From Planctomycetota bacterium (GTDB lineage Bacteria > Planctomycetota > Phycisphaerae > SM23-33), in assembly GCA_012729725.1 (NCBI GenBank), contig JAAYCO010000094.1:557-64556 (forward strand): DNA of 64,000 nt, written 5' to 3'. The position numbers and the translations under genes were made by a program. Of the stretch, positions 38,749 through 49,694 are shown piece after piece. The notes under the pieces are model-generated. The model was not told where the DNA came from, ran no database searches, and saw only the letters and a program-made list of their open reading frames with translations. Position 1 is the first letter of the stretch. Each line of letters begins with the position of its first letter.

Positions 38749-40353
38749 ATGAAGCTACCATCAGCTGTATTCTTCGCAATTGTTCTTGGTGCAGTTGCAT
38801 GCTCAGCCGTTGCACAGGACAACCTGCTTTCGAACGCCGGTTTTGAATCCGGCCAGAAGTTGCCCGATGGCTGGACTTCCACTGGCGCTGGAGCAGCGTG
38901 GGATTCCGCCTTGCGGCATGGCGGCGGCAGGTCGGTTCGCCTGAACGGCCAGAGTGGCAAGACCGCGCAGAAGTGGGAATCATCCTTTGTTCCCATCACG
39001 CCGCATGTGCCGTATGTCGCCTCGGCATGGGTTCGCACACAGAGCGTGCTTGAGAAACGCGGCTGGCTGCTGGTCAACACTTTTGATGCAAGCAAGAAGT
39101 GGATTCGCAGCTACTTCATCTATAAGCCGGATGGCTCGGCTGCCTGGAGAGAATATAGCAGGGCGTTCACGCCGAAGGACGGCGAGGTGCTCGCGCAGTT
39201 CACAGTCGCTCTTCGCGGCACGGGAACAATGTGGGCTGACGATGTTTCGCTTTCTCGGGCGATGAAATACACCGACGGCAACGGGGTGCTGCACATTGGC
39301 GGCAAGCCCGTGTTTCCTATAGGGCTGTACACGCATCCGTGCAAGACCGATTTTTTTGACGAGATCAGCCAGGCGGGGTTCAACGCGGTTCTGCCTTACA
39401 CGTCGGTTTATCTCTCGCCGACGGACGCCAAAAGCTACCTCGACGCCGCACAACGCAAGGGCATCCATGTCATTTACGCGCTGAAGGATTACATGACGCC
39501 ATGGCGTTTGGACGATCCGGAAGTCTGGACGCCTCGTCAGAAGGTAGTCGATGTGGTGTCAACGCTGAAGAATCACCCAGCCTTGCTGAGCTGGGGCATC
39601 GCGGACGAGCCCGAATTGCAGGGGGCTGGCGCAATCGACATGATCGAGACGCACAGCCTGATCAAGCAGATCGATCCACAAACGCCCACGTCGGCAGCGG
39701 TTTCCATTCCGGCAATGTACGGGTATTACGGAAGATATGTGGATGTGCTAATGCCGGATGTGTATCCTATTCCTCATTCCACTGTAGGAGCGGTTGGCGA
39801 TGCGGTCAGGGCGGCGACGGCAGCCGGCGCGTCATCCCAGCCGGTTTGGGCCGTAATTCAGGTGTTTGATCCGGCCGCCTTTGGAAGCAAACCTGAGGAC
39901 AACCCGCGAGCGCCGACATACGACGAGATACGGTGCATGAGTTACCTTGCAGTGGTCAACGGCGCCAAAGGCTTGTTCTACTTCTGCTACGACTCGCAGT
40001 ACAAGGTATACGAGCATCCTGAGCAGTGGGCTGGATTGAAGAAGATCGCCGGCGAGATCAAGACCCTTGTGCCGGTGATTCTCGCGCCACCGGCTGACCT
40101 GCATGTTTCCGTCAGTCCTGCCGAGCACGTTTCCACCACCACCAGGCTTTACGATGGAAAGGCGTATATCTTCGTAGTAAACAAGCACAATTCGCCGCGG
40201 GAGATGTCTGTGACGATATGCGGCGAGCAGAGCACATCGAGCGTGCGCCTTGTCGATACGCAGGAGCGCATCGACCTTCGCGACAACAGATTTGTCACGA
40301 CCATCCCTGGCTATGGCGCACAGATCTACAGTTTCGAGCTATCGCAAAATTAG
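38749..40353 (+). CDS. Secreted glycoside hydrolase: signal peptide, CBM_4_9-like carbohydrate-binding module, and a clan GH-A (beta/alpha)8 catalytic domain
   Basis: MKLPSAVFFAIVLGAVACSAVAQ is the signal peptide. NLLSNAGFESG...GWTSTG...AWVRTQ...MWADDVSLS is the CBM4/9 sandwich. GIADEPE resembles the GH-A NEP acid/base motif. Confidence 0.55.
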   Translation: MKLPSAVFFAIVLGAVACSAVAQDNLLSNAGFESGQKLPDGWTSTGAGAAWDSALRHGGGRSVRLNGQSGKTAQKWESSFVPITPHVPYVASAWVRTQSVLEKRGWLLVNTFDASKKWIRSYFIYKPDGSAAWREYSRAFTPKDGEVLAQFTVALRGTGTMWADDVSLSRAMKYTDGNGVLHIGGKPVFPIGLYTHPCKTDFFDEISQAGFNAVLPYTSVYLSPTDAKSYLDAAQRKGIHVIYALKDYMTPWRLDDPEVWTPRQKVVDVVSTLKNHPALLSWGIADEPELQGAGAIDMIETHSLIKQIDPQTPTSAAVSIPAMYGYYGRYVDVLMPDVYPIPHSTVGAVGDAVRAATAAGASSQPVWAVIQVFDPAAFGSKPEDNPRAPTYDEIRCMSYLAVVNGAKGLFYFCYDSQYKVYEHPEQWAGLKKIAGEIKTLVPVILAPPADLHVSVSPAEHVSTTTRLYDGKAYIFVVNKHNSPREMSVTICGEQSTSSVRLVDTQERIDLRDNRFVTTIPGYGAQIYSFELSQN

Positions 40354-40369
40354 TCGAGTCAGGCAGAAG

Positions 40370-40951
40370 CTAAGCGTCTCCGAGCGGGAATCTGGCCAGC
40401 GGGCGGTATTGGGCGCCGGTTTGGGCGAGAATGCTGGCGCAGATGACGATCTCGTCGGCGTGCTGAACGCCGAGGTCCATGGAGGCCAGTTTCTTTGCCC
40501 GATTCCGCAGGCCTTCGGCGTCGCGGCAGGAATTGATCCTCGCCATGGTTACGTGCGGCAGATATTCCCGGACCTCCGACCGAAGGCCCATAGAGCCCAT
40601 CATGCCGTTAATGCTGTCCTGAAGCATGGCCAGCCTTCCGGTGGGGTCTTCGATATTGGCCCATATCATCCGCGGGCATCTGTGCCCTCCGGGCGGCTGA
40701 CATGTTACGCCCTTTAGCTGGAAATCGAACGGCTCGATCGCTTGGCATATCGGCCTGACCTCGCGGCAGATATCGGCCAATTGCTCGTCGTTCACGCTGC
40801 CGGCGAAGGCCAGGGTGACATGCAGATTCTCCCGCACAACCCAGCGTATTCCCTTATCGTCAACGCCGTCAACCAGCCTGCGACGGGCCTCTTCAAGACT
40901 GTCGAGCACCGCGTCATCCAGATCCAGCGCCAAAAAGGTTCGAGTAGGCAT
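40370..40951 (-). CDS. thpR: RNA 2',3'-cyclic phosphodiesterase of the 2H phosphoesterase family (LigT/ThpR-like)
   Basis: Two HxT motifs (HVTLAF and HVTMAR) in a ~190-aa protein. Start at internal ATG MPTRTFLALDL; the upstream leader is not homologous. Confidence 0.75.
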   Translation of the reverse strand: MPTRTFLALDLDDAVLDSLEEARRRLVDGVDDKGIRWVVRENLHVTLAFAGSVNDEQLADICREVRPICQAIEPFDFQLKGVTCQPPGGHRCPRMIWANIEDPTGRLAMLQDSINGMMGSMGLRSEVREYLPHVTMARINSCRDAEGLRNRAKKLASMDLGVQHADEIVICASILAQTGAQYRPLARFPLGDA

Positions 40952-41170
40952 TCTCTGAATTATACGTTGCGGCTGTGAGGGTGCCAAAGGCGGCAATGTG
41001 ACAGAAAAGGCCGCTTGAGGATGTGGCCCCTCATGGCCTTGGCATCTGTGCCCGCGCCGGGGATCATGCAAAGGCGATGATTCGGCCGTCTGAAGCGACG
41101 ATTTCATATCGCTTGGTGAGAGTTCGACAGAGAAAGATGGAATCCTCCAACGTCGTTAGGAATGTCTACA

Positions 41171-41971
41171 TCAGGAAAAAAGAGGAAGGCCTGATGCCGG
41201 CTTCTTGGGCGGATAGAAGAGGCCGATTACAAGCCACTGGTTCAGCGGATGACGTGTTCCAACGAAGAATCTCGTGTCTTTGTCAGGGCCGCAAAGATCG
41301 TCAAGAAACTTCTGTTTGACGCTCTGTACGGCTGCATTTTCACCTTTGGACTCTCTTTCACGAAGGAATAAGGCTCCTAATTCCCAGTCTTCCAGCAGGA
41401 GGCGATGCGGCTCTTTCTGATCCAAGCAGCGGAAAACGTAGTGAAAACGGAAGGGGATGCGGTGGAGAGGCTTTCTTTTGCCGAACAGGAGCGGTTGCGC
41501 CATACGAGCTTCGTGCTTGGGCGCCCATTTCTTCTCGCCCTCTGTCACTTCCAGATCCAGAACTTCAGCAGGCCGGATGATCCCGAGAGATGTCCGGTTA
41601 GCAACCCATTGCCGCATGAGCTCGGTCAATGTTCTGTGGGGCATCTTGTCGATAATGAGGCGGCGCGTTTCCCATGCGTTTGATCGGGGCAGAGGTTCGC
41701 CGATAAGGCGAATCGAGTTGACTTCCGGCTCGCGGCTTTCAGGGCGGGGATCATTTTGATAGCCGCGACGGGCAAGACCTATCTCCATCCACTGCCATTT
41801 CTTGTATTGCTTTTCGACAGGAAGGTATCGATAAGGGACGGGGTAGATTCGCAACCAATCCCCCGATTCAGTAACGGCTGCTGTGCATACCGTCTCGTCA
41901 TGCTTGTCCGACGGATTCGGGTATGTCTTGACGGTTACAAGAACCTTTGTCAGCTCAAAGTCAGCTCGCAT
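41171..41971 (-). CDS. Hypothetical 266-aa protein with no recognisable family. It is the second gene of a coupled pair on a lower-GC islet.
   Basis: Clean ORF whose ATG at 41971 overlaps the upstream gene by 22 nt. Local GC is about 53-55% against about 62% in the flanks, estimated by eye. Confidence 0.5.
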   Translation of the reverse strand: MRADFELTKVLVTVKTYPNPSDKHDETVCTAAVTESGDWLRIYPVPYRYLPVEKQYKKWQWMEIGLARRGYQNDPRPESREPEVNSIRLIGEPLPRSNAWETRRLIIDKMPHRTLTELMRQWVANRTSLGIIRPAEVLDLEVTEGEKKWAPKHEARMAQPLLFGKRKPLHRIPFRFHYVFRCLDQKEPHRLLLEDWELGALFLRERESKGENAAVQSVKQKFLDDLCGPDKDTRFFVGTRHPLNQWLVIGLFYPPKKPASGLPLFS

Positions 41972-42885
41972 TCTGCACCCCGGATATCCTGCACTGGAAG
42001 ACCTGTCTGTGAAGATACCACGGCGGCCAGTCGTGTTCTATGGCACATTGCCGGATCTGCCTCCATGCATAGCAGAACGCTCGGCTTGTCAGAAACGAGA
42101 TGGCTCACCTCAGCCACTGCATCCTGCCTACGTGGTAAAAGGCTGGTGGTATATTCATCGAAGAGCGATGCATAGTCATCATCGCTTTGCAGATCTTGGC
42201 GCAGTTCAGATGGAATCCCAAGCTCCGGGAAGTGAACATATTCAAGGGCAATCCTTGATGTCAGTCGGGTGAGTGTGGACTTGTGGAATCCGTATCTTCG
42301 GGCGACGGGATTCCTGCGAACATCAATTACTCTGACGATTCCTCGACGCATCAGAGTATTGAGAAGCTGATCCACGGACCATTGCTCGTATCCGACCGTG
42401 TAGACGGCACACTTGGCCAGTGGTCGCTTACTCAGTTTGCGAATGCTGCTGTTAGATGTGTACCAAGGGAACGCATCGTAGACGTAGTCAATTAATTGTT
42501 CAGACGTGCGGGAGACGAACCGCTCGACTACGCGCGCTGCGTCAGCACGCAGACCACCGGGCATATTACCGACGCGGGCATCAACCTCGGCTGCGCGAGC
42601 CCACGCCTCACGACCATCAGCTTTGGTATCGCGCAGGTAGCCGTTGCGCACCAAGTCGTCCGCTTCATGGAATAGCGCAAACGAAAACGGCCCGTACTTG
42701 TACGGCAGGAAATCGTAAAATGACGCTCCCCCATGCGATGGCGTTTCATGCGCAAGCAAAAAAGCCCATTTGGTCAGTTCCAAGTGGGTCACCGGGCGAC
42801 CAGCCAGTTCAACCATGTACAGCAGGCACTTTTGGCGATTGAGCACTCGATGTCTCTCAGATCGTTCTATTCCTATAGTAGTCAT
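41950..42885 (-). CDS. Fusion protein: an N-terminal Panacea/SocA-like (DUF4065) antitoxin-type domain plus a C-terminal DUF488 (YeaO-like) domain
   Basis: The N-terminal half has LNRQKCLLYMVELAGRPVTHLELTKWAFLLAHE...FYDFLPYKYGPFSFALFHEADDLVRNGYL, matching the KLLYLAD...FEAWKYGPV..LY pattern. The C-terminal half has VYTVGYEQWSVDQLLNTLMRRGIVRVIDVRRNPVARRYGFHKSTLTRLTSRIALEYVHFPELG, matching DUF488. Start taken at the ATG with a GGAAGG SD (MTTIGIE). Confidence 0.5.
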   Translation of the reverse strand: MTTIGIERSERHRVLNRQKCLLYMVELAGRPVTHLELTKWAFLLAHETPSHGGASFYDFLPYKYGPFSFALFHEADDLVRNGYLRDTKADGREAWARAAEVDARVGNMPGGLRADAARVVERFVSRTSEQLIDYVYDAFPWYTSNSSIRKLSKRPLAKCAVYTVGYEQWSVDQLLNTLMRRGIVRVIDVRRNPVARRYGFHKSTLTRLTSRIALEYVHFPELGIPSELRQDLQSDDDYASLFDEYTTSLLPRRQDAVAEVSHLVSDKPSVLLCMEADPAMCHRTRLAAVVSSQTGLPVQDIRGAECELTLS

Positions 42886-43286
42886 CGGCATGCCTTCCAG
42901 CAACGCTTGATAGAACCTCGCCAGAAAAGGGCTACTCCCTCGGCATATCCCGGCTCACATCGCAAGCCGTGGCGCAACCGATTCCGTCGGCGTGCGAAGG
43001 TTTAATTGTGTGATGCCTGATTGACTTTTTTGGCTTTCGAGCGTATAAACAGCGGAATGCTCGTTTTCACTCCAGACAACATGGCTGCCGTTTACATCGT
43101 TCGCCGCAAGGCTCACGGCCGGCGGTTCGCGGTTTGGCTGGTCAAGTTGCGCACCGTGCCCGACGGCTGCCAAGACTAGTTTTGGCAACGTGTGAGGCCT
43201 CTATAAACGCCGGGCTTGCGGCCTGATTCGATGTCCGGCATTCAACTACCCGCTCCGCAAAGCGAAGCATCCGTTTGGTGAATTTC

Positions 43287-45137
<1,851 letters not shown>

Positions 45138-45206
45138 TAACGATGCTGCTGGGCGAGTGAGTCTGCAGGCGCCGTGCTGCACTGCCGGCAGGCGCGCGTG
45201 CGTTGC

Positions 45207-45704
45207 TTACCGGTCTGATGCCTTGCATGCCGCCTGGATTTCCGCGAGCACTTCTGGTGGAACCATTGACGATATGTCGCCGCCCATGCGGGCGATTTGC
45301 TTTATCAGGCTCGACGAAATGAAGGCGTATTCCGGGCCGGTCATGATGAAAACGGTCTCGATGCCGGCGACGACCCTGTTGGTCATCGCCACCTGGTATT
45401 CGAAGTTCAGGTCGGCGCTGTTGCGAATGCCTCGCAGTATCGTCGCCGCGCCGAGCCGGCGGGCCAGGTCGATCGTCAGGCCCGCATAGGCTTCAACCTT
45501 AACGTTGGCCATTGCGGCGAGGGCAGGCCTGATCATTTCGATACGTTGAGACTGTGTGAACAGCGATTTCTTGTCCGGGTTGTCTCCAACCGCAACTATC
45601 AGGCTCTCGAAGAGGTTGCTGCCGCGCCTGATGATGTCCAGATGCCCGTTTGTAATTGGGTCAAAAGTTCCTGGGAAAATCGCCAACCGTGTTTTGTTGG
45701 TCAT
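45207..45704 (-). CDS. coaD: Phosphopantetheine adenylyltransferase
   Basis: RLAIFPGTFDPITNGHLDIIRR is the T/HxGH motif. About 165 aa. Confidence 0.9.
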   Translation of the reverse strand: MTNKTRLAIFPGTFDPITNGHLDIIRRGSNLFESLIVAVGDNPDKKSLFTQSQRIEMIRPALAAMANVKVEAYAGLTIDLARRLGAATILRGIRNSADLNFEYQVAMTNRVVAGIETVFIMTGPEYAFISSSLIKQIARMGGDISSMVPPEVLAEIQAACKASDR

Positions 45705-45748
45705 TGCCTTCTCCATGCCGCGGCCCGCGGGCGAGCATCTTCAAACGC

Positions 45749-46633
45749 CTAAACCAGCGGCGTAACCTTGCCTGGTGGAATGTCCATGACCTTTCCGTCA
45801 ATGCTCACGCTTACCGGGATAGCGCTGGGGTTGTAAGCGGTTCGCTTGTTGGCGGCGACGACAAGTCGGCTGCGGGCGTAGTGGTAGTCCCACAGCTCGA
45901 TGTTGGTGCAGTACCACACATCGCTCTTGCCGCCCAGGGGTGCGAAATAGGATTCGAGTTTGTCCCAGCAGTCTCCGCGGTCGAACTCGTAACTGTGCCC
46001 CCATATGAAGAACACGCCCGACCACCGGCTGTTGTTATAGCATTCGTTCCATCGTTGCGGCATCGGCGAGGGGTTGGAAGCCTGCCAGTGCATGGTCGCC
46101 GGCCAGGCCAGCGGCTCGGCAACGGGGAAGCAGTTGGGCACAGCCTCGGTTGTTCGGGCGTAGACGATTCCGAGTTGCCGAAGCAGGGCGATGACCTCGG
46201 CGTTGTAGGCGCCGTTGGGATACGCCATGCCGCGCACGGGATAGCACACCAGATCCTCAAGCGCCTTGCGGTCGTCGATTATTTCCTGGGCGAACTCGGC
46301 CAGGGAAACCAACGTCGCGCTGGGATGCGTTGCCGAATGCACTGCAACCTCGTGCCCGGCGTAAAGCTCGGCAACTTCGCAGGCATCTATTCGCTGCTTC
46401 GCCTCGATTGGCGTGGGCTTGCCGGTCCTGCCCAATATGCCCGAGTTGAGGTTGAACGTGCCTTTGATTCCCCATCGATTGAACGCTTCGACCACTGGGC
46501 GGTCGAATACCAGCCCGTCGTCCCAACTCGTGGTCACGGCGATGCGTTTGTTGCCGGGAAAACGCGGAATAACAACCCTTGCTGGCGCAGGTGCGACAGT
46601 CACAATTAGCTCCTTTATTACAGCACTTCGCAT
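45749..46633 (-). CDS. Polysaccharide deacetylase (CE4/NodB-homology) family protein
   Basis: RIAVTTSWDDG is NodB motif 1. GHEVAVHSATH is the His-His metal motif. Confidence 0.7.
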   Translation of the reverse strand: MRSAVIKELIVTVAPAPARVVIPRFPGNKRIAVTTSWDDGLVFDRPVVEAFNRWGIKGTFNLNSGILGRTGKPTPIEAKQRIDACEVAELYAGHEVAVHSATHPSATLVSLAEFAQEIIDDRKALEDLVCYPVRGMAYPNGAYNAEVIALLRQLGIVYARTTEAVPNCFPVAEPLAWPATMHWQASNPSPMPQRWNECYNNSRWSGVFFIWGHSYEFDRGDCWDKLESYFAPLGGKSDVWYCTNIELWDYHYARSRLVVAANKRTAYNPSAIPVSVSIDGKVMDIPPGKVTPLV

Positions 46634-46720
46634 GAACGACGAACTCGGCCAGCGAATATACCGCCGTACGTGTTCTGCGTCCAGCATCGCGGGCAAGGCT
46701 CTTGCAAGGTCAGCGTGCGG

Positions 46721-48679
46721 CTATGCAAGCGGCATCCAAACCCGCATCGCCCCGCTTTGGCGATTGGCCCAGGCGTAATACGGTATCGCCTTCAGTGTGA
46801 TTGGCTCTGAAGCAGGCTGATCTGGCTTCCACGATCGATATAAACCCTCCGGCCAATCGACCTTTCTCAATCTTGCAGGAGTCTCGATCATCATCAGGCC
46901 ATCCATTACATCAGCTTGCCATGCATCTACCGGAAGATGGGAGGCATCCACGGCAACATCATCAAGTCTGCACGCGGGGGGGAGGTCGCACTGTTCAAAG
47001 CAGTAAATCAGCGGGCCTCTCTGGAGGGCGACGCAGCCGCGGATGGCGTCGATCCGTGGGTGCGGCATAATCCAGGTTGGAACCATCGCCAGGTTCAACT
47101 CGACAACGTCGTTGGGCTTCCATTGCCTGCGAATATGAACGTACCCGTTCCTTGCTTCCGCGTCGCAGTTTTCGCCGTTAATGCGAACGGTGAACCGAAC
47201 GCTCCAGGAGGGTATTCTCATTGCCAGCGTCCATGCATCCTGTTGCGTATCCTCGATCGTGATTCTGTTTTCGCCTGCCCATGGGAATCCCGACTTCATA
47301 CTGATGGTTGCTTTTGGTCCGATGCCGGAGTTGCGAATCTGGGTGGAACAATATTGATGAATCTGCAAGCCATCTTCGCTATTGGTGCAGACATAGTGGT
47401 CCATTGACGCCAGCAGGCGCATCACGTTTGGCGGACAGCAGGCAGTGCCGTGCCATCTTGCCCTGCGCCAGCCGCCCCTGTGCGTGCCGTCGCTAATGCC
47501 GTTTGGTCCCCGGCTTTGCAGGGGATTGGCGTAGAAGAAATGCTCACCGTCCCTGCCGTAACCTGCGAGCAGCGCGTTGTACAACGTGCGTTCGATTATG
47601 TCGGCATGCCGCACGTGGCCGGTGGCCAGCAGCATGCGCCAGTTCCAGAATATGCTGGCGGCAGCGGCGCATGTTTCGCAGTAGCAACGGTCGGGCGGCA
47701 ACTCGTAGGCGTCGGCGATTACCTCGCACTCGTGCCGCTGACCCACCCCGCCCGTAATGAAGAGCTTGCCGTCAGCCAGGTCTCGCCACTGCGAATCCAG
47801 CACGCTCAGCAGCGCCTGGTCGCCGCGTTCGATGTACAGATCCGTGACGCCTGCGCAAAGGTAAAGCTGACGCACGGCATGGCCGATTACGGTCTTCTGC
47901 TCGCGGATGGGCTTGTGATTCTGAAACCGCGACTCGTCGGGAACGCACATAGGCCGGCGGCCTCGCTGGTCGATGAAAAAGGCCGCCAGGTCAAGGCATT
48001 GCTCAACGCCGGTGAACCTGTACAACTCGACAAGCGCGGTCTCGATTTCAGGATGGCCGCAAGTTCCTTGAAGCTTGTCCGGGCCAAACACGGATGCAAT
48101 GTGGTTTGCCAGCTTTAAAGCCGCCTTCGTAAGTCTGCCATCGCCGGTGGCAGAATCGTAGGCGACGGCGCACTGGAACAGATGCCCGGCACAGTACAGC
48201 TCATGGCCGTAGGCTAGATCTTTCCATTTCCTGTCCGGATGCAGCACCTGGTAGTGCGTCATCAGGTAGCCGTCGTCCTGTTGTGCAGCGCATATCCATT
48301 CAATTACCTGACTTGCCATCTGGCGAAGCTGGGCGTCCTCGCCGTGGGCAAGCTCGTAGCCAATAGCTTCAATCCACTTATAAACATCGGAATCAGAAGC
48401 CAGTCGGGCGACATAGTCGCCCTTTTGCAGACCGGCAGCAACGCGGAAATTGGGGAAGTTGCCGCCTTCCTCGAACATCTTGAAGGCGTATCTAAGGCTT
48501 ACTTCCCGGCTGGTGTTTCTCAGCCGGCCCAAAAAGCCTGCCTCATGGCGGGTGTTCTGCATTGGTATGGAGCGCAGCACTGCATGCTTGCCACGTTCAA
48601 CGTTTGCCGTGTGCGTCGAGTGAACGAACCGGGGGATCTCCGAATCGCCAAAGGGTACAATACCGTTGTAATTCTGCAT
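46721..48679 (-). CDS. Glycoside hydrolase family 127-like (DUF1680, beta-L-arabinofuranosidase type)
   Basis: DSDVYKWIEAIGYELAH, HELYCAGHLFQ and YCETCAAAASIFWNWRML are a Cys/Glu cluster typical of the GH127 Zn site. Start chosen at the ATG preceded by GGAGG (MQNYNG). An alternative ATG at 48562 (MQNTRHEAG) cannot be excluded. Confidence 0.65.
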   Translation of the reverse strand: MQNYNGIVPFGDSEIPRFVHSTHTANVERGKHAVLRSIPMQNTRHEAGFLGRLRNTSREVSLRYAFKMFEEGGNFPNFRVAAGLQKGDYVARLASDSDVYKWIEAIGYELAHGEDAQLRQMASQVIEWICAAQQDDGYLMTHYQVLHPDRKWKDLAYGHELYCAGHLFQCAVAYDSATGDGRLTKAALKLANHIASVFGPDKLQGTCGHPEIETALVELYRFTGVEQCLDLAAFFIDQRGRRPMCVPDESRFQNHKPIREQKTVIGHAVRQLYLCAGVTDLYIERGDQALLSVLDSQWRDLADGKLFITGGVGQRHECEVIADAYELPPDRCYCETCAAAASIFWNWRMLLATGHVRHADIIERTLYNALLAGYGRDGEHFFYANPLQSRGPNGISDGTHRGGWRRARWHGTACCPPNVMRLLASMDHYVCTNSEDGLQIHQYCSTQIRNSGIGPKATISMKSGFPWAGENRITIEDTQQDAWTLAMRIPSWSVRFTVRINGENCDAEARNGYVHIRRQWKPNDVVELNLAMVPTWIMPHPRIDAIRGCVALQRGPLIYCFEQCDLPPACRLDDVAVDASHLPVDAWQADVMDGLMMIETPARLRKVDWPEGLYRSWKPDQPASEPITLKAIPYYAWANRQSGAMRVWMPLA

Positions 48680-48773
48680 AATGCCCGTGGACCTCCATAG
48701 GTTCAGGTGCGAGTTGCAAAGCTTCAATTTGCTGGTTATTATACAACTATCGACGTTTGGCCGAAGGATCCAA

Positions 48774-49637
48774 ATGGATACAAAAGGTGGACAAATCCGA
48801 CACGAAGCTGGGGTTGAAACGCTATGCTTGTCATTGTCCAGGCCGGTGGAAGCCTGGCAAGGGGGCCTTTTTGTTTCGATCGGCGAAGGCACGCACCCCA
48901 CGCGGGTCATAGATTCATTCGAGCTTATATTCGTGAGCAAGGGCCGGCTGGCGATGTTCGAGGAGGATCGCACTTTCGAACTTAACGAAGGGCAATGCCT
49001 ACTGCTTTGGGCGGGCCGCAGGCATGGCGGCGCCAGGCCATACGATAAGGATCTGTCATTTTACTGGATACATTTCATGCCCCCCAAAGGGCGTAGTCCA
49101 GTCGGGGGGGCCTTCTCGTTCTGCACGCCGCAAGTCGCCGCGCCCGCCAGGCCCGAATATCTGTCCACCTTGTTCCGCAGGTTCCTGGACGACAGGGAAA
49201 GAGGCGTCAAGTCTGTAATTGGTGATTCGCTCATGGTCATGCAAATGCTGTTTGAGGCCTCGCTGAGTCGGTCCCAGGCAGGCGGGAACGAGGCTGGCCA
49301 GGCGCTTGCGGGCAGGATTCAGGGATTCATTGACGAGCACAACACAGAGCCGATTGCCACATCGGACATAGCGCGGGCAATGGGCTACAATGAGGACTAT
49401 CTTGGGAGGGTCTTCACACACACAACGGGTCGGACCATCACTCAGGCCATACATCTCAGCCGGCTTCGACTCGCTAAGAGATTGCTGCAGGGGAACGCAA
49501 TGAATATCAACCAAGTGGCAATGCATAGTGGATTCAACGATCCCCACTACTTTCGCAGGCTCTTTCGGCGATATGAAGGGCTAACGCCTGCCGCATTTCG
49601 CAAGCTCTACGCCAGAGCCCACATCAACCGTTATTAA
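48774..49637 (+). CDS. AraC/XylS-family regulator (cupin sensor plus dual HTH), divergent from the GH127 gene
   Basis: Its C-terminus is INQVAMHSGFNDPHYFRRLFRRYEGLTPAAFRK. An N-terminal cupin precedes it. Confidence 0.8.
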   Translation: MDTKGGQIRHEAGVETLCLSLSRPVEAWQGGLFVSIGEGTHPTRVIDSFELIFVSKGRLAMFEEDRTFELNEGQCLLLWAGRRHGGARPYDKDLSFYWIHFMPPKGRSPVGGAFSFCTPQVAAPARPEYLSTLFRRFLDDRERGVKSVIGDSLMVMQMLFEASLSRSQAGGNEAGQALAGRIQGFIDEHNTEPIATSDIARAMGYNEDYLGRVFTHTTGRTITQAIHLSRLRLAKRLLQGNAMNINQVAMHSGFNDPHYFRRLFRRYEGLTPAAFRKLYARAHINRY

Positions 49638-49694
49638 GCTGCGCAATGCCGGCGCCCATACTGATTTACGAAGAAACCCCTATAATTGTTGATA

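Noticed and set aside
42955-43188. 77-aa minus-strand ORF and a 32-aa plus-strand ORF in the islet's upstream region
   Set aside because: They have no SD, no homology and short length. They may be real small genes, but the sequence alone does not support calling them.
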